This document shows positions 53,501 to 64,000 of a DNA stretch of 64,000 nt, one piece after another. Numbering within the stretch: position 1 is the first letter of the stretch; each line of letters begins with the position of its first letter. The stretch is from Antedon mediterranea (lineage: Eukaryota; Animalia; Echinodermata). Below the pieces are notes generated by a model, which saw nothing but the letters and a program-made list of their open reading frames with translations, made no database searches and had not been told where the DNA came from. The stretch is taken from contig NC_092673.1 in assembly GCF_964355755.1 (NCBI RefSeq), positions 27,091,648-27,155,647 on the forward strand, given 5' to 3'. The translations under genes were made by a program, and so were the position numbers.

Positions 53501-54257
53501 AATCGTTCAAATCGCGCATAACAGGTACATCTGAATTGTTTGTAGTGGGCCAGATCATGAAGGTTCCTTCATAGTCAGATAAGAGAAGATTTTCTTGTTT
53601 TTACTCACTCGCCATTGATTTTATGTTTTCTCCTAGATATTTTAGACCGGCACCTTGATCTTCTCAATTACTGATTTTATTTGTGTATGTATGCTATGCA
53701 CATTTTTAACAATTTTTTAACCAATTGTCTTGGGCAATTTCAAATTGGGCTGCGCAATGTAGCCAACAATTATAATAATGCACTTTACTTGTCAATTGTA
53801 TGACTCGCTATACAACCCCCAGGAGAGGTGTGTCATTTGTCAAATTGCGCAAAGAATTTGTGCGCATAACATGATGAGGACGCAAAAAGTGAATTTTAAA
53901 GTATGCTAAAAAATGCGTAAAAAACAACACGACCGATTACCTGCAAGTTTGTTTGGAGCACCGTGGACATCTATACTTGGAAACCTCTTCAGAACAAACT
54001 TCACATCTACGAGAAAAACAACCCAGTCAAATAATGTGGTACGAAGTGACTCCGGTGCCTGGTTACAGATGGTAGTAGAGGCCTACCTTACCTGGTCCTA
54101 CCTAGCTAGAGGTGAGCCAGGCCTAGCCTGAATAAAGTTAATTTTACTGCTAAAGGATATTATACGGATCAAATTATATATACCATAGTAGTACAGTTTG
54201 TAATAATAAAGTTAACGTTGTTATTGAAACATACCTTTTTGTATCTGTGATATCCAT
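50540..54257 (-). CDS. ZNHIT6: Box C/D snoRNA protein 1 (zinc finger HIT domain protein 6), 9 coding exons, 274 aa
   Basis: Exons 54257-54235, 54006-53941, 52640-52534, 52350-52265, 51964-51858, 51678-51607, 51356-51276, 50937-50857, 50741-50540, in phase. zf-HIT CEVC...KYRCPRCSKQTCSVKCVNLHK...CNGQRDKT, then NLLSDYRFLEDV, LPNVFTKHKRNSS, IFWCVNWKFP and NLKGKVVIEYPTMHVV. Confidence 0.93.
51480..51562 (-). mobile_element. tRNA-derived SINE head in a ZNHIT6 intron
   Basis: The minus strand reads GTGGCTTAGTGGTT (A box)...GGTCCTGGGTTCAAATCC (B box); the cloverleaf is degenerate. Confidence 0.55.
51985..52168. mobile_element. Degenerate fold-back MITE in a ZNHIT6 intron
   Basis: TCACCCCTGCTCCGGCACGTTC...AATGTCAA is inverted relative to TTGACATT...GAACAGTGCAGGAACAGGTGTGA. 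Confidence 0.5.
52740..53523. mobile_element. Non-autonomous Ginger-like DNA element (TGT...ACA ends, 4-bp TSD)
   Basis: ~67-bp TIRs TGTTATGCGCGATTTGAACGATTTGCGCAATTTGAAATTGCGC... with one indel. GGTA is duplicated at 52736-52739 and 53524-53527. Many TTGCGCAA subterminal palindromes. Confidence 0.8.
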
Positions 54258-54936
54258 CCTTCCTCTAGTAGCTAGGCTTAGCTGTAGTGCATGCTAGGTA
54301 GGCCAACTATCGCGAAAAAACACGTGTAGTGTGTGGTGGACGACGTGCTTCAATAATTCAATAACACATTTTTATAGAGGACGCTGCTATCAGCAACTTC
54401 TGACGTCACACTTACCTGACAACCATACAACAACTTTTTGATCGTAATGTTTTTGTGCTGAAGTTTCGATTTAAAACGTGCAATATTATTGATTTTTCTT
54501 TCGAATTTATTTAGAAATTAGAAGCAGTAAGTTTTTATATAACATTTTAAGTAGCTTATGTGAAAATTATATTGTATTTTGAAAGGGAAACTTAGCCTTA
54601 ATTTATAATTAATAAGCTAGGGCCTCACTCAGGCTCTCTAGCCTAGCTAGGCTAGCTAGGGCCCGGGGCCAGTAGGCCTAGGCCACACAGGACACACCAG
54701 CCAGGCTAGAGTAGGCCCTAGAGCCTCTCTCTATAGACCTGGACAAGAGAGTAGATACCCTAGGCCAAGGCCTGCTTTTAATTTATTAGTGTACTTAGCT
54801 AAGCCTGTTCTATATAGGCCTAGTAATACATAGCCTAGCTTATCTTATTTATTAATTAAAATTAGTTATGTATGCCGCCCTCGAGGCCTATTATTTAATA
54901 TGAAACAAACGTTTTTCCATCTTTTTCAGATACAAA
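54258..54936. promoter_or_regulatory. Bidirectional promoter of ZNHIT6 and CFAP157 with a CRE and X-box-like motifs
   Basis: The head-to-head ATGs are 680 bp apart. TGACGTCA at 54401-54408; RFX X-box-like GCTGCTATCAGCAAC at 54383-54397. Candidate UTR donors on - (~54416) and + (~54527), plus an acceptor just before the CFAP157 ATG (54930). Confidence 0.6.
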
Positions 54937-57900
54937 ATGCCACCAAAGAAAAAAGGCAAAAAGAAAGGAAAAAAGAGCGGAAAGAAAAGTGGTAGAAAAT
55001 CCGCTCGAGCAAGCTCTGCTCCATCGGGCATGAATCTGACAGAAGTAAGCAAGGAGTTTTTTCTCATCCAAATACGGGATCTTGAGACCAGACTGGCCAG
55101 GTAAATGACCTTTGAACTTTTTAAATCCGAATTGTTATTTTTGTTATTGTTTATTATTCTTAAAAAATAAAATATATTTATTATTAAATGTTTAAATTCA
55201 AGGTACCAAAAAAAATGTGATGAACTTGAAGTGGCCAGCTCTCAATTCTTAACGGAATATGATCAGATGTCAACCGATAAGAAAGAGATAGTATCATTCC
55301 TTAAGAAGCAGTTGGAGCACAGACAGGATGAGATAGCTGACCTGAATGACAGACTAGTAGGGCTACAGCAGGCAAAAGACCAGGAAAAAGACGGCTATGA
55401 ACAACAACTAACTCAGCTTAGGACAGAATTCCAAGAGACTAAAGATCAACTGACATCAGAAAATATGATATTAAGTATGACAGTCACCTCCCATGTTTGA
55501 TTAAACTTTCATTTATTGACTATTGTTATGATTGATTGTAAATTGTTTTATATTTCCTACTATTTTTGTCAGTTGGTAACAACCTTTCAGTTTCATGATG
55601 CTTTAATTTATAATTAATTCATTTCAGGTGGGAAGTTGGCTTCACTGGAGGAGTTCAAAGTTCAAAAAGAAGATTTGATGGCAAAGTTTGCAGCGATGGA
55701 AGTTGATCTTGACAGGCAGAAAACTGACCACAAAGATCACATATATGAACTAGAAAGAAAACAAGTTGTTGATAAAGACAGGTTAGTTAAAAAGGAAACA
55801 TACAAATTAATTTGTATCAATCAATGTGCATTCAATAACAAGACAGCAACCAGCAAATCAGACTAAATTGTAATTTTGAACAATTATTGAATGAAATAGA
55901 ACCTCTATTAAGGGGACATATTTGGAACAAAGTGTACTAATAATAAGGGGTTCCCCTGAATAGGGATTGACTGTAATGTTAAAACACATCCCTTAACAAA
56001 ATATGACCACCATATTTCATGGAAAAAGTGTCCCCTTAATAGGGGTGTCCCCTGAATAGGGGTGTCCCCTGAATATTTGTATCCCAAAATTTAAAAATGA
56101 TTTTAGTTGATACAGCTTAATGCAGATCAAGTTAATTAAGTAATCCCAGGTTTGTGTAATTAACTGAAAACAAAGTATTTTTTGAATAGGTTAAAACGAG
56201 AGATGGTCCTACGTGTCAACCAAGTAGCCTCGGAATTCCGTAAGGTCTCTAACAAACAGATGGCCGACACCACAAAGCGAACAATACGTGAGAACGTTAG
56301 CATCAATGCTCAACTTGGCAAGATGTCCGACAAAACCATGGAACTCATACAAGAAAACGATGAGCTACGAGCAAAAGAAAAAAAACAACGGCAACAGATC
56401 GATATGTTAGAAGCTAACGAAAAAGAACTGGCCAAGAAAAACCATAGCAATCAGAAGGTAACAGCTTTCTCTCGATTCAATTGGGGTGGTGTCCCCTGAA
56501 TAGGTTCTATTTATAACACACTTGACTGTATCCTTGCAATTTTATTGGTCAATTAGCCCTATCTAATGAAAAAGTGATATCTAAAAAAAACATGCTCTAA
56601 TGCATGTTCAGAATGTTCTGCTATTTTCAACTCGGCTTTTCCTCATTAAAAATAGCGCAGTCAATTTTTCAAATGAAGAAATAATTTGTATACTATTTAC
56701 TAACATTTTTCTACTTAGAATGGCTCTAAATCGTAACTAATTTATTTTAAAATAGAGCAGTCAACTCATGAAATATTCTCACCAACTCCTAAACATTCAT
56801 TATTTGTATACTATTTACTAAACATTTTTCTACTTAGAATGTCTCTAAATCCAAACTAATTTCTTTATAAGGTAATTCGTATGTTAACTGAGAAGGCGAA
56901 ACAACAGGAAGCCGTGATAATTGAACTGGAAGAGCAAGATAAAGCGTACGTTGATCTTGAAACCGAAGCGCAACTTCTTCGCAAACAAGCCGAGTCGTCG
57001 CGCGAGGAACTTCAGGCAATGGGTAAGGAGATGGAGCATCTGGAAGAGGAATTAGACATGACAAAAAAACAACAAGTAGAGACAAAGAAAAACAAGGAGA
57101 ATGTTGAACGAATCCTGTCGGAAGCAGCGTACTCTTTGCACAGGATATTGATGGTGAGTCTTCCACAATGCATAAAGCTCTGTCTACACTACCAAACTCT
57201 CTGACAAAAAAAGTGTGGTGCCCAAATATAATAATGATATGCTTAAAAATGGTAGTGATATGACATCATCATGTCCATATCACATTTTTTTGTCAAATAA
57301 AGCTATTGAACTCCATCCTTCACACTATGTAATAATGTAAATAATAATTCACAGTAATCCATTACATAATTTACATTTTTATCTAAAAAAAGGAGGATTC
57401 ATTTTTATCTTTTAAATACATCATTAGTTTTCTACAAAATATTTATGATTGTATTTTTTGATACATAAAGATTCATAGGGAATTAGGTCAAAAGGTAAGA
57501 CCTTACTACTTTGACATTTTACACTGCAATAGTTAGTAACTTAATTGTTTACATGTTTCAGATTTTAATATTGAGAAAATGATTAGTAATTTTGCATAAA
57601 ATATTAAAATAATAAACTACACTTTGCATATAAATTGCAGTAATTAGCTCTTATGTTCTTAAAACAATTGGCATTTTAAAAATTATTATTGCACCTATCT
57701 AAATGTACAATGTTGTTAGATTGCCTTGGTCAATGCTAGTAAGTTATTAGACGTATGTTATACCAGATGACGTCACTACTATGAGCAAGGTTGGAGTGCC
57801 TATGTTACCACCATAAACCTGTATCTGTGCTTCTATCATCCAGGTGGTACCAGCCACATAATGCTAGGCAGCAGTACCTAGATCATGATGAATTGTCCAC

Positions 57901-59397
57901 TTTAAGACTCATGCTTAGTATGTTTGCACTGGCTTTAATGCAGCTTTGTCAATTCACTGTTTTGTTCTCAATTATTAGATGTTCTCTATTTAATTATATT
58001 TATATTAAATTAGAAATAATAAACCTTGCATTTACATGATACTGTCATAAAACGAAAGTTAACATTTAAATTAAATTTGCTTTAAACTTGGAAAATGTGT
58101 CCAGAACTGACTAGAGAATGCATGCGTGCCTATTTATTAAGGAATATTCATGATATGCTAATTATTATGATTAATTTTAATAGATGAAGGAATCAGAGGA
58201 TGGTGTGTTAACAGAGGAAGATTCAGAAGGAATTGAGCAACGTGACAGTATGCTGGAGAATCTTCTGGTGATCCTAAATGAGGCAGCTGCCATTGGGGTC
58301 GGTCCGTCTCCTGGTGACTTTATCAAGGAAGAAAGCGCAGCATACCGAACAAAGAGCCGAGGCTCGTCATTCCCAGGCTCAAGATCGGCAATGAAACAGA
58401 GGTTTGTATTCTGCAAAAACTAAAACTGCAAATATTTTAAATCCTATCTAATATACCTCCATTAAAAGGACACCTTTAAGACCCAACAAAGTGTTCTCTT
58501 GATTACACAGGGTTCAGTAAAATAAAATGAAACAAAAAGGGATATCCCCTGAATAGATGTTGACCATAGGTGTTAAAACATGTATTTGCCCTTGTTTGTT
58601 TCCCAAAGGAAGGTTGTACTATTAGAGAGGGGTGGATCGAATCTTCATTGGCCGTAATTGTTTAGCCCATCATGAAATTATGGTTCTAACTTTCTTTTAT
58701 TTTCATTTATAAGGGCATTACCAATAACTCCTATGAGCAGAGGTTTGAACAACTTAACCCACTACCAAATTGGTGATCTGGGGCTTGTGCCGAGGCCTAA
58801 GCCGCAGTTCTATGCTTCTGACAAGACCAGACAGCTATCGGCTACCAGTCGACTGAATCGTCTGCAAGGGGTTAAAAGTAGATCCGTTGGAATACAAGCT
58901 GCCAGCTCAGAATCTAAGGTATGAAATGTTTGTGAATGATATATAACATCAAACAATGCAAAAACAATGTAGAAACGGATATACCAGAGTCATTTCAAAT
59001 TAAGAACTGGACTGTTTAATAAGGGCAGAAACTTGTATTAATAATTTTTTATAAACCATTATCAATTTTTTAAATTATTTTTATTTGTGTAGTAAACCTA
59101 CTTTATCCATCTTTATAATTGTTATGTTAATTTTTGTTATACTGTATTTATATTTACTGTTAAATTTTAAAATGAGTGACAAAAACCGAATTTCTGTAAG
59201 GACCAATGAAACCTAAATCTAATCTTTATAAATGTTTTTATGAGATTTTCTTTTCATTATTTTTGCAGTTTGAAATGATAGCATCTCAATTCCCATCCGT
59301 TGCCAGTAAATCTTCAAAATCTGCCATTTTTCATGAAATAGCAGTGACGAAGCCGCCTCTTGGACCAATCATGACTAAGGGAAAGTTTGTCCGCTGA
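54937..59397 (+). CDS. CFAP157: Cilia- and flagella-associated protein 157, 8 coding exons, 563 aa
   Basis: Exons 54937-55100, 55203-55474, 55628-55781, 56190-56457, 56872-57153, 58184-58401, 58714-58918, 59269-59397, in phase. MPPKKKGKK start; KEFFLIQIRDLETRLARYQKKCDEL, GKLASLEEF, LERKQVVDKDRLKREM, VASEFRKVSNKQMADTTKRTIREN and YQIGDLGLVPRP; long coiled coil. Confidence 0.92.
57176..57303. mobile_element. MITE family A, copy 4 (truncated)
   Basis: TAA|AGCTCTGTCTACACTACCAAACT... with two degenerate 21-bp units; the right TIR is missing. Confidence 0.65.
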
Positions 59398-59643
59398 CGA
59401 GTGCCCACTTTTAAATTTTGTTTTATACACTGGCAAATATAAACTATACAAGTGTTAATTTATTAGTTTTAATAATTATGCCAAATTATGATTTTAAATG
59501 TTCTTGTGAGTATTTGTAATTGTAAAAACTGTTTTTAATTATTGTAAATATATTATGTAAATAAATATTGTGTACAGTATCATGTTGTACGTAATTAAGA
59601 GAGTACGGTTGCATCTTTTAAAAGGTAGTCCAGCCGGGTATAA

Positions 59644-60315
59644 AGCTCTGTCTACACTATTAAACTTTATGTGACAAAAAAAGTGATGTGCCCAAGTATG
59701 GACATGATGATGTCATATCACTACAATATTTAGGTATATCACAATCATATTTAGGTATATCACTTCAATATTCAGGTATATCACAATCATATTCAGGTAT
59801 ATCACTACCATATTTAGGTATATCACTACCATATTTAGGTATATCACTATCATATTCAGGTATATCACTACCATATTTAGGTATATCACAATCATATTCA
59901 GGTATATCACTACCATATTTAGGTATATCACTACCATATTTAGGTATATCACTATCATATTCAGGTATATCACTACCATATTCAGGTATATCACTACCAT
60001 ATTCAGGTATATCACTACCATATTCAGGTATATCACTACCATATTCAGGTATATCACTACCATATTCAGGTATATCACTACCATATTCAGGTATATCACT
60101 ACCATATTCAGGTATATCACTATCATATTCAGGTATATCACTACCATATTCAGGTATATCACTACCATATTCAGGTATATCACTACCATATTTAGGTATA
60201 TCACTATCATATTCAGGTATATCACTACCATATTCAGGTATATCACTACCATATTTAGGTATATCACTACCATATTTGGGCACGTCATACTTTTTTTGAT
60301 AGTGTAGACAAAGCT
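59644..60315. mobile_element. MITE family A, copy 5, carrying a 27-copy 21-bp minisatellite
   Basis: TAA|AGCTCTGTCTACAC...GTGTAGACAAAGCT|TCA; interior (ATATCACTACCATATT(C/T)AGGT) x27 at ~59716-60280. Confidence 0.93.
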
Positions 60316-60595
60316 TCAGGTTTCTATTGTTTATTATCAAATATAAATAAAATCTTTTTCGTCATCGATATTGTGCAGAACGAGTGAAATAAGCCACTTT
60401 TTATCAACAAAAAAGTGATGCTACAGGACTTTAAAAAAACAATGTAAATTGTATATATCCGAAGTTGTCCTTTAAAGTGTAAGCCTACATATCGTTGGCA
60501 TACAGAAATATATAACAATATTTTTTGGCTTTATTAGAACTTATTCACAACTTTTATTTTTCTCATGAGAATTTGTTTTGTCTAAAATAAATAAC

Positions 60596-63500
60596 AACTA
60601 GACATGAAACTCGTCACTTTGACGAGTTAGTTATCCGCACGACAAACGCCACGTGCACGTCATACGTTGGAATATTGCACACCGAAAAAGATTATGTCAT
60701 TATGACCTGAACTGAAGAATATGATGTGTTGTTAGTGCTGAATGCTGTATATTTTCTGTCATATAGTACACACAGTATAATCTGTATACATGCCACAAAC
60801 AGTGTAAAATAGGTGAAATTACGGGACCCATATTTTATTTTAATTTTTAACATGTTGACGGTTTCAAAAGGAAACGCGAAGGTAGTAATTTCGGAAGAAA
60901 ATTATCTCAGCAACAACATATTAACGTTTAGAAGAAATTTGAATACGTGAAATATTAATGCGCGCTCTTTTAAATGTAATGAACTATGACGCAAAAGATG
61001 AAAATATGACTTTGTTTATTTAACTGGCCATATGATGACATCACAACATCGGATTGGCGAGAAGTTCACATGATTTCGTATCTACAATCCCATAGCTTCC
61101 TGAAAACGTTTTAATCATGATTATCACATTTTATTCTTACGAGCTATAACAGATTAAAATTTACTGTAAAGATGAAATTAATGACGCTGTTAATTAAAAT
61201 TTGTAGGCATGATGACGTCATAAAAATTAAAATATTTTTAACTCATGCGTAAGATAGTTGATTGACCTAGACAATATTAAAATCTCGGAGAAAAAGGAAT
61301 ACAGATAGGCGTGATGCGCTCCATTGAATATGATGAGCAATAACGGAAAAGACAAAAATCCTATATTTTACATTCGTGTGGCCATACGATGACGTCACAA
61401 TGTCCGGTTAGCCATATTGATTCATGATCCGATTTCTACAACTCATCAACTTCCAGAATATGTAATTAAAAAAAAGTTCACCTCGTTGTTTAGAATCTAT
61501 GACTGTTTAAAAAAAGGCATAATTTTGACAAATTTTTTAACTTTTTCATCAAAAACGCACGTAAAGTATCCAATTCAACGTGCCCGTATGACGTAATTGT
61601 AAGTCGAAATTGTTTTAAAATTGGTAAAATTACTATAAAAGGCTGGAAAAACATAATTCAATAAAAAAAAAAAAACTTTTAGCGCTACATGCGCACCACG
61701 CGCATAAAATTGTTCACGCGCGTGGGAAATTTTGATATGCTCAAAATGTCATGATCAGCGTAGAAAGTTGATTAAAAATTAATTTTGCGCAATTTGAGTT
61801 TTAAATGCGTGTGTGCGCGTTACTTTGTGTAAGACACGCAATTTTTTTTCCACAGAAAGTTAGCGCATGATATAAATTAAACTTTTGCTAAGTTTCAATT
61901 TAAATTGTTATATGGTTTTAAATCTATGTTAAATACGCGAAATTCATAAAATCGCGCGCAAGTCACGTTGCGCATTTCTGACGTCATTCACAATAGGAGG
62001 TGCACAACTTCACGTGAATGCCCATATGTTGACAAAGTTATGAAATGTTATGTTTACACGTTTTTGAGATACGCGAGACACAAAAGCAGAGGAAAAATGC
62101 GCGTGCGCGCGTAACGTCTTGTAAAACATGCCATTTTTAATCCACAAAAAGTTTGCCCTTGATATGACTTAAATTTTCACAAAGTGTCAAAACAAATTTA
62201 TGCTTGGTTTTTAGCCTATGATCAATCATAAAAAATCATAAAATCGCACGTAAGTCACGTTGCGCAACTCTGACGTCATTTAAAAATAGGAGGTGCACAA
62301 CTTCACGTAAATGCCCATATGTTGACAAAGTTATGAAATGTTACGTTTACACATGTTAGAGAAACGCTCTACACAAAAATGGAAGGAAAGAAATAAGAAT
62401 AATACAGAAAAAAAAATAAACTAGACATGAAACTCGTCACTTTGACGAGTTAGTTATCCGCACGACAAACGCCACGTGCACGTCATACGTTGGAATATTG
62501 CACACGGATAAAGATTATGGCATTATGACCTGAACTGAAGAATATCATACGTTTTTAGTGCTGAATTCAGTCTATTTTGTGTCATATAGTATATACATGC
62601 AAACAGTATAAATCTGTATACATATTACATACAGTGTAGAATAGGTGAAATTATGGAACCCGCAATTTATTCAAATTTTTAACATGGTTACGGTATCAAA
62701 ATGAAACACTAAGATAGCAATTTCGGGAGGAAATTATCTCAGTAAAAACATATTAACGTGTAGAAGAAATTCGAATACGTGAAATATTGATGCGCGTTCT
62801 TTTGAATGTAATGAATGATGACGCAAAATATGAAAATACGACATTTTTTATTTAACTGGCCATATGATGACGTCACAACATGCGATTGGCAAAATGTTCA
62901 CAGGATTTCGTATCTACAATCCAATAGCTTCCAGAAAATGTTTTAATCGTGATTATCACATTTTATTCTTACGAGCTACAACAGATAAAAATTTACTGTA
63001 AAGATGAAATTAATGACCCACGTAATTAAAATTTTTAGGCATGATGACCTCATAAAAATTTAAATATTTTTAACTTGTGCGAAAGATAGTTGATTTACCT
63101 AGACAATATCAAAATCGGGGTGAAAATGGAAAACTGATAAGTGGCGATGCGTTCTACTAAATGTGATGAGCTATGACGAAAGATACAAAAATCCTAAATT
63201 TTATATTCACGTGGCCATACGATGACGTCACAATGTCCGGTTAGCCATAAAAATACATGATCCGATATCTACAACTCATCAACTTCCAGAATTTGTCATC
63301 CACAAAAAGTTGATCGTGTAGTTTAGAAATTATGACTGTTTAAAAAAAGGCATAATTTTGACAAATTTTTGAACTTTTTCATCAAAAACGCGCGCAAATT
63401 GTCCAATTCGACGTGCTCGTATGACGTAACTTTATGTCAAAATTGTTTAAAAGTTGGTAAAATTACTAGAAAAGGCTGGAAAAATATAAATCACGCAAAA

Positions 63501-64000
63501 AAAATATGTTTTTAATGCTACGTGCGCACCACACACGTAAAAATTTGCGCACGCGTTGGAATTTTTGAAATGCTTAAAATGACATGAAACTCGTAGAAAA
63601 TTGATTAGAAATTAATTTTGCGCATTTTAAAATTTTAAATGCGCGTGCACGCGTAACTTTGTGTAAAACACGCAATTTTTTTTTCACAGGAAGTTAGCGC
63701 ATGACACAAATTAAACTTTTGCAAAGTTTCAGTTTAAAATCTTTTATGGTTTTCGATCTATGTTAAATACGCGAAATTCATAAAATCGCACGTAAGTCAC
63801 GTTGCACAACTCTGACGTCATTAAAAAATAGGAGGTGCACAAGTTCACGTAAATGCCCACATGTTGTCAAAGTTATGAAATGTTATGTTTACACATTTTA
63901 GAGAAACGCTCTACACAAAAATAGCGAGAAAGAAAGAAGAATAATACAGAAAAAAATATTGATCCCATACAATAACAAGGAGTTATCCGCCAAGTGCGGA
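60596..64000 (+). mobile_element. Two head-to-tail copies of a non-autonomous Helentron/HINE-like element (1.5-1.8 kb each)
   Basis: Identical heads AACTAGACATGAAACTCGTCACTTTGACGAGTTAGTTATCCGC at 60596 and 62419, with diverged but colinear bodies. The 3' end AGTTATCCGC-CAAGT-GCGGA at the window end repeats the 5' subterminal motif as a hairpin. Confidence 0.75.

Noticed and set aside
53608-53615. ATGGCGA|GTGAGT as the first ZNHIT6 exon
   Set aside because: It lies downstream of the zinc-finger exon and its phase does not match the next exon; the 54257 start gives a complete zf-HIT domain.
50742-54234. Intronic snoRNAs hosted by ZNHIT6
   Set aside because: I saw no convincing box C/D or H/ACA arrangement on the sense strand; a snoscan or Infernal search would settle it.
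59688-60340. ~200-aa heptad-repeat ORFs
   Set aside because: They are translations of the 21-bp array inside a MITE, open on both strands.

Overview
AT-rich eukaryotic (animal) genomic DNA with GT-AG introns. Gene content and repeat types suggest a marine invertebrate, possibly an echinoderm (inference only). I assembled five spliced protein-coding genes by hand with consistent intron phases: DDAH (+, 12759-16870), FBXW5 (-, 31157-38421), a small secreted protein made of one CCN-type VWC domain that the ORF track misses (+, 47021-49102), ZNHIT6/BCD1 (-, 50540-54257, with a possible alternative last exon) and CFAP157 (+, 54937-59397). The rest is rich in non-autonomous DNA transposons (Harbinger-, Kolobok-, Tc1/pogo-, P/hAT-, Ginger- and Helentron-like), several of which have seeded minisatellites. 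There is also a ~10 kb satellite built entirely from palindromic modules with higher-order repeats, and a Penelope-type minimal hammerhead-like motif just after the DDAH stop codon. Most ORF-track entries are artefacts of tandem repeats. No CRISPR array, rRNA or intact tRNA was found. Family assignments come from remembered motifs, not database searches.
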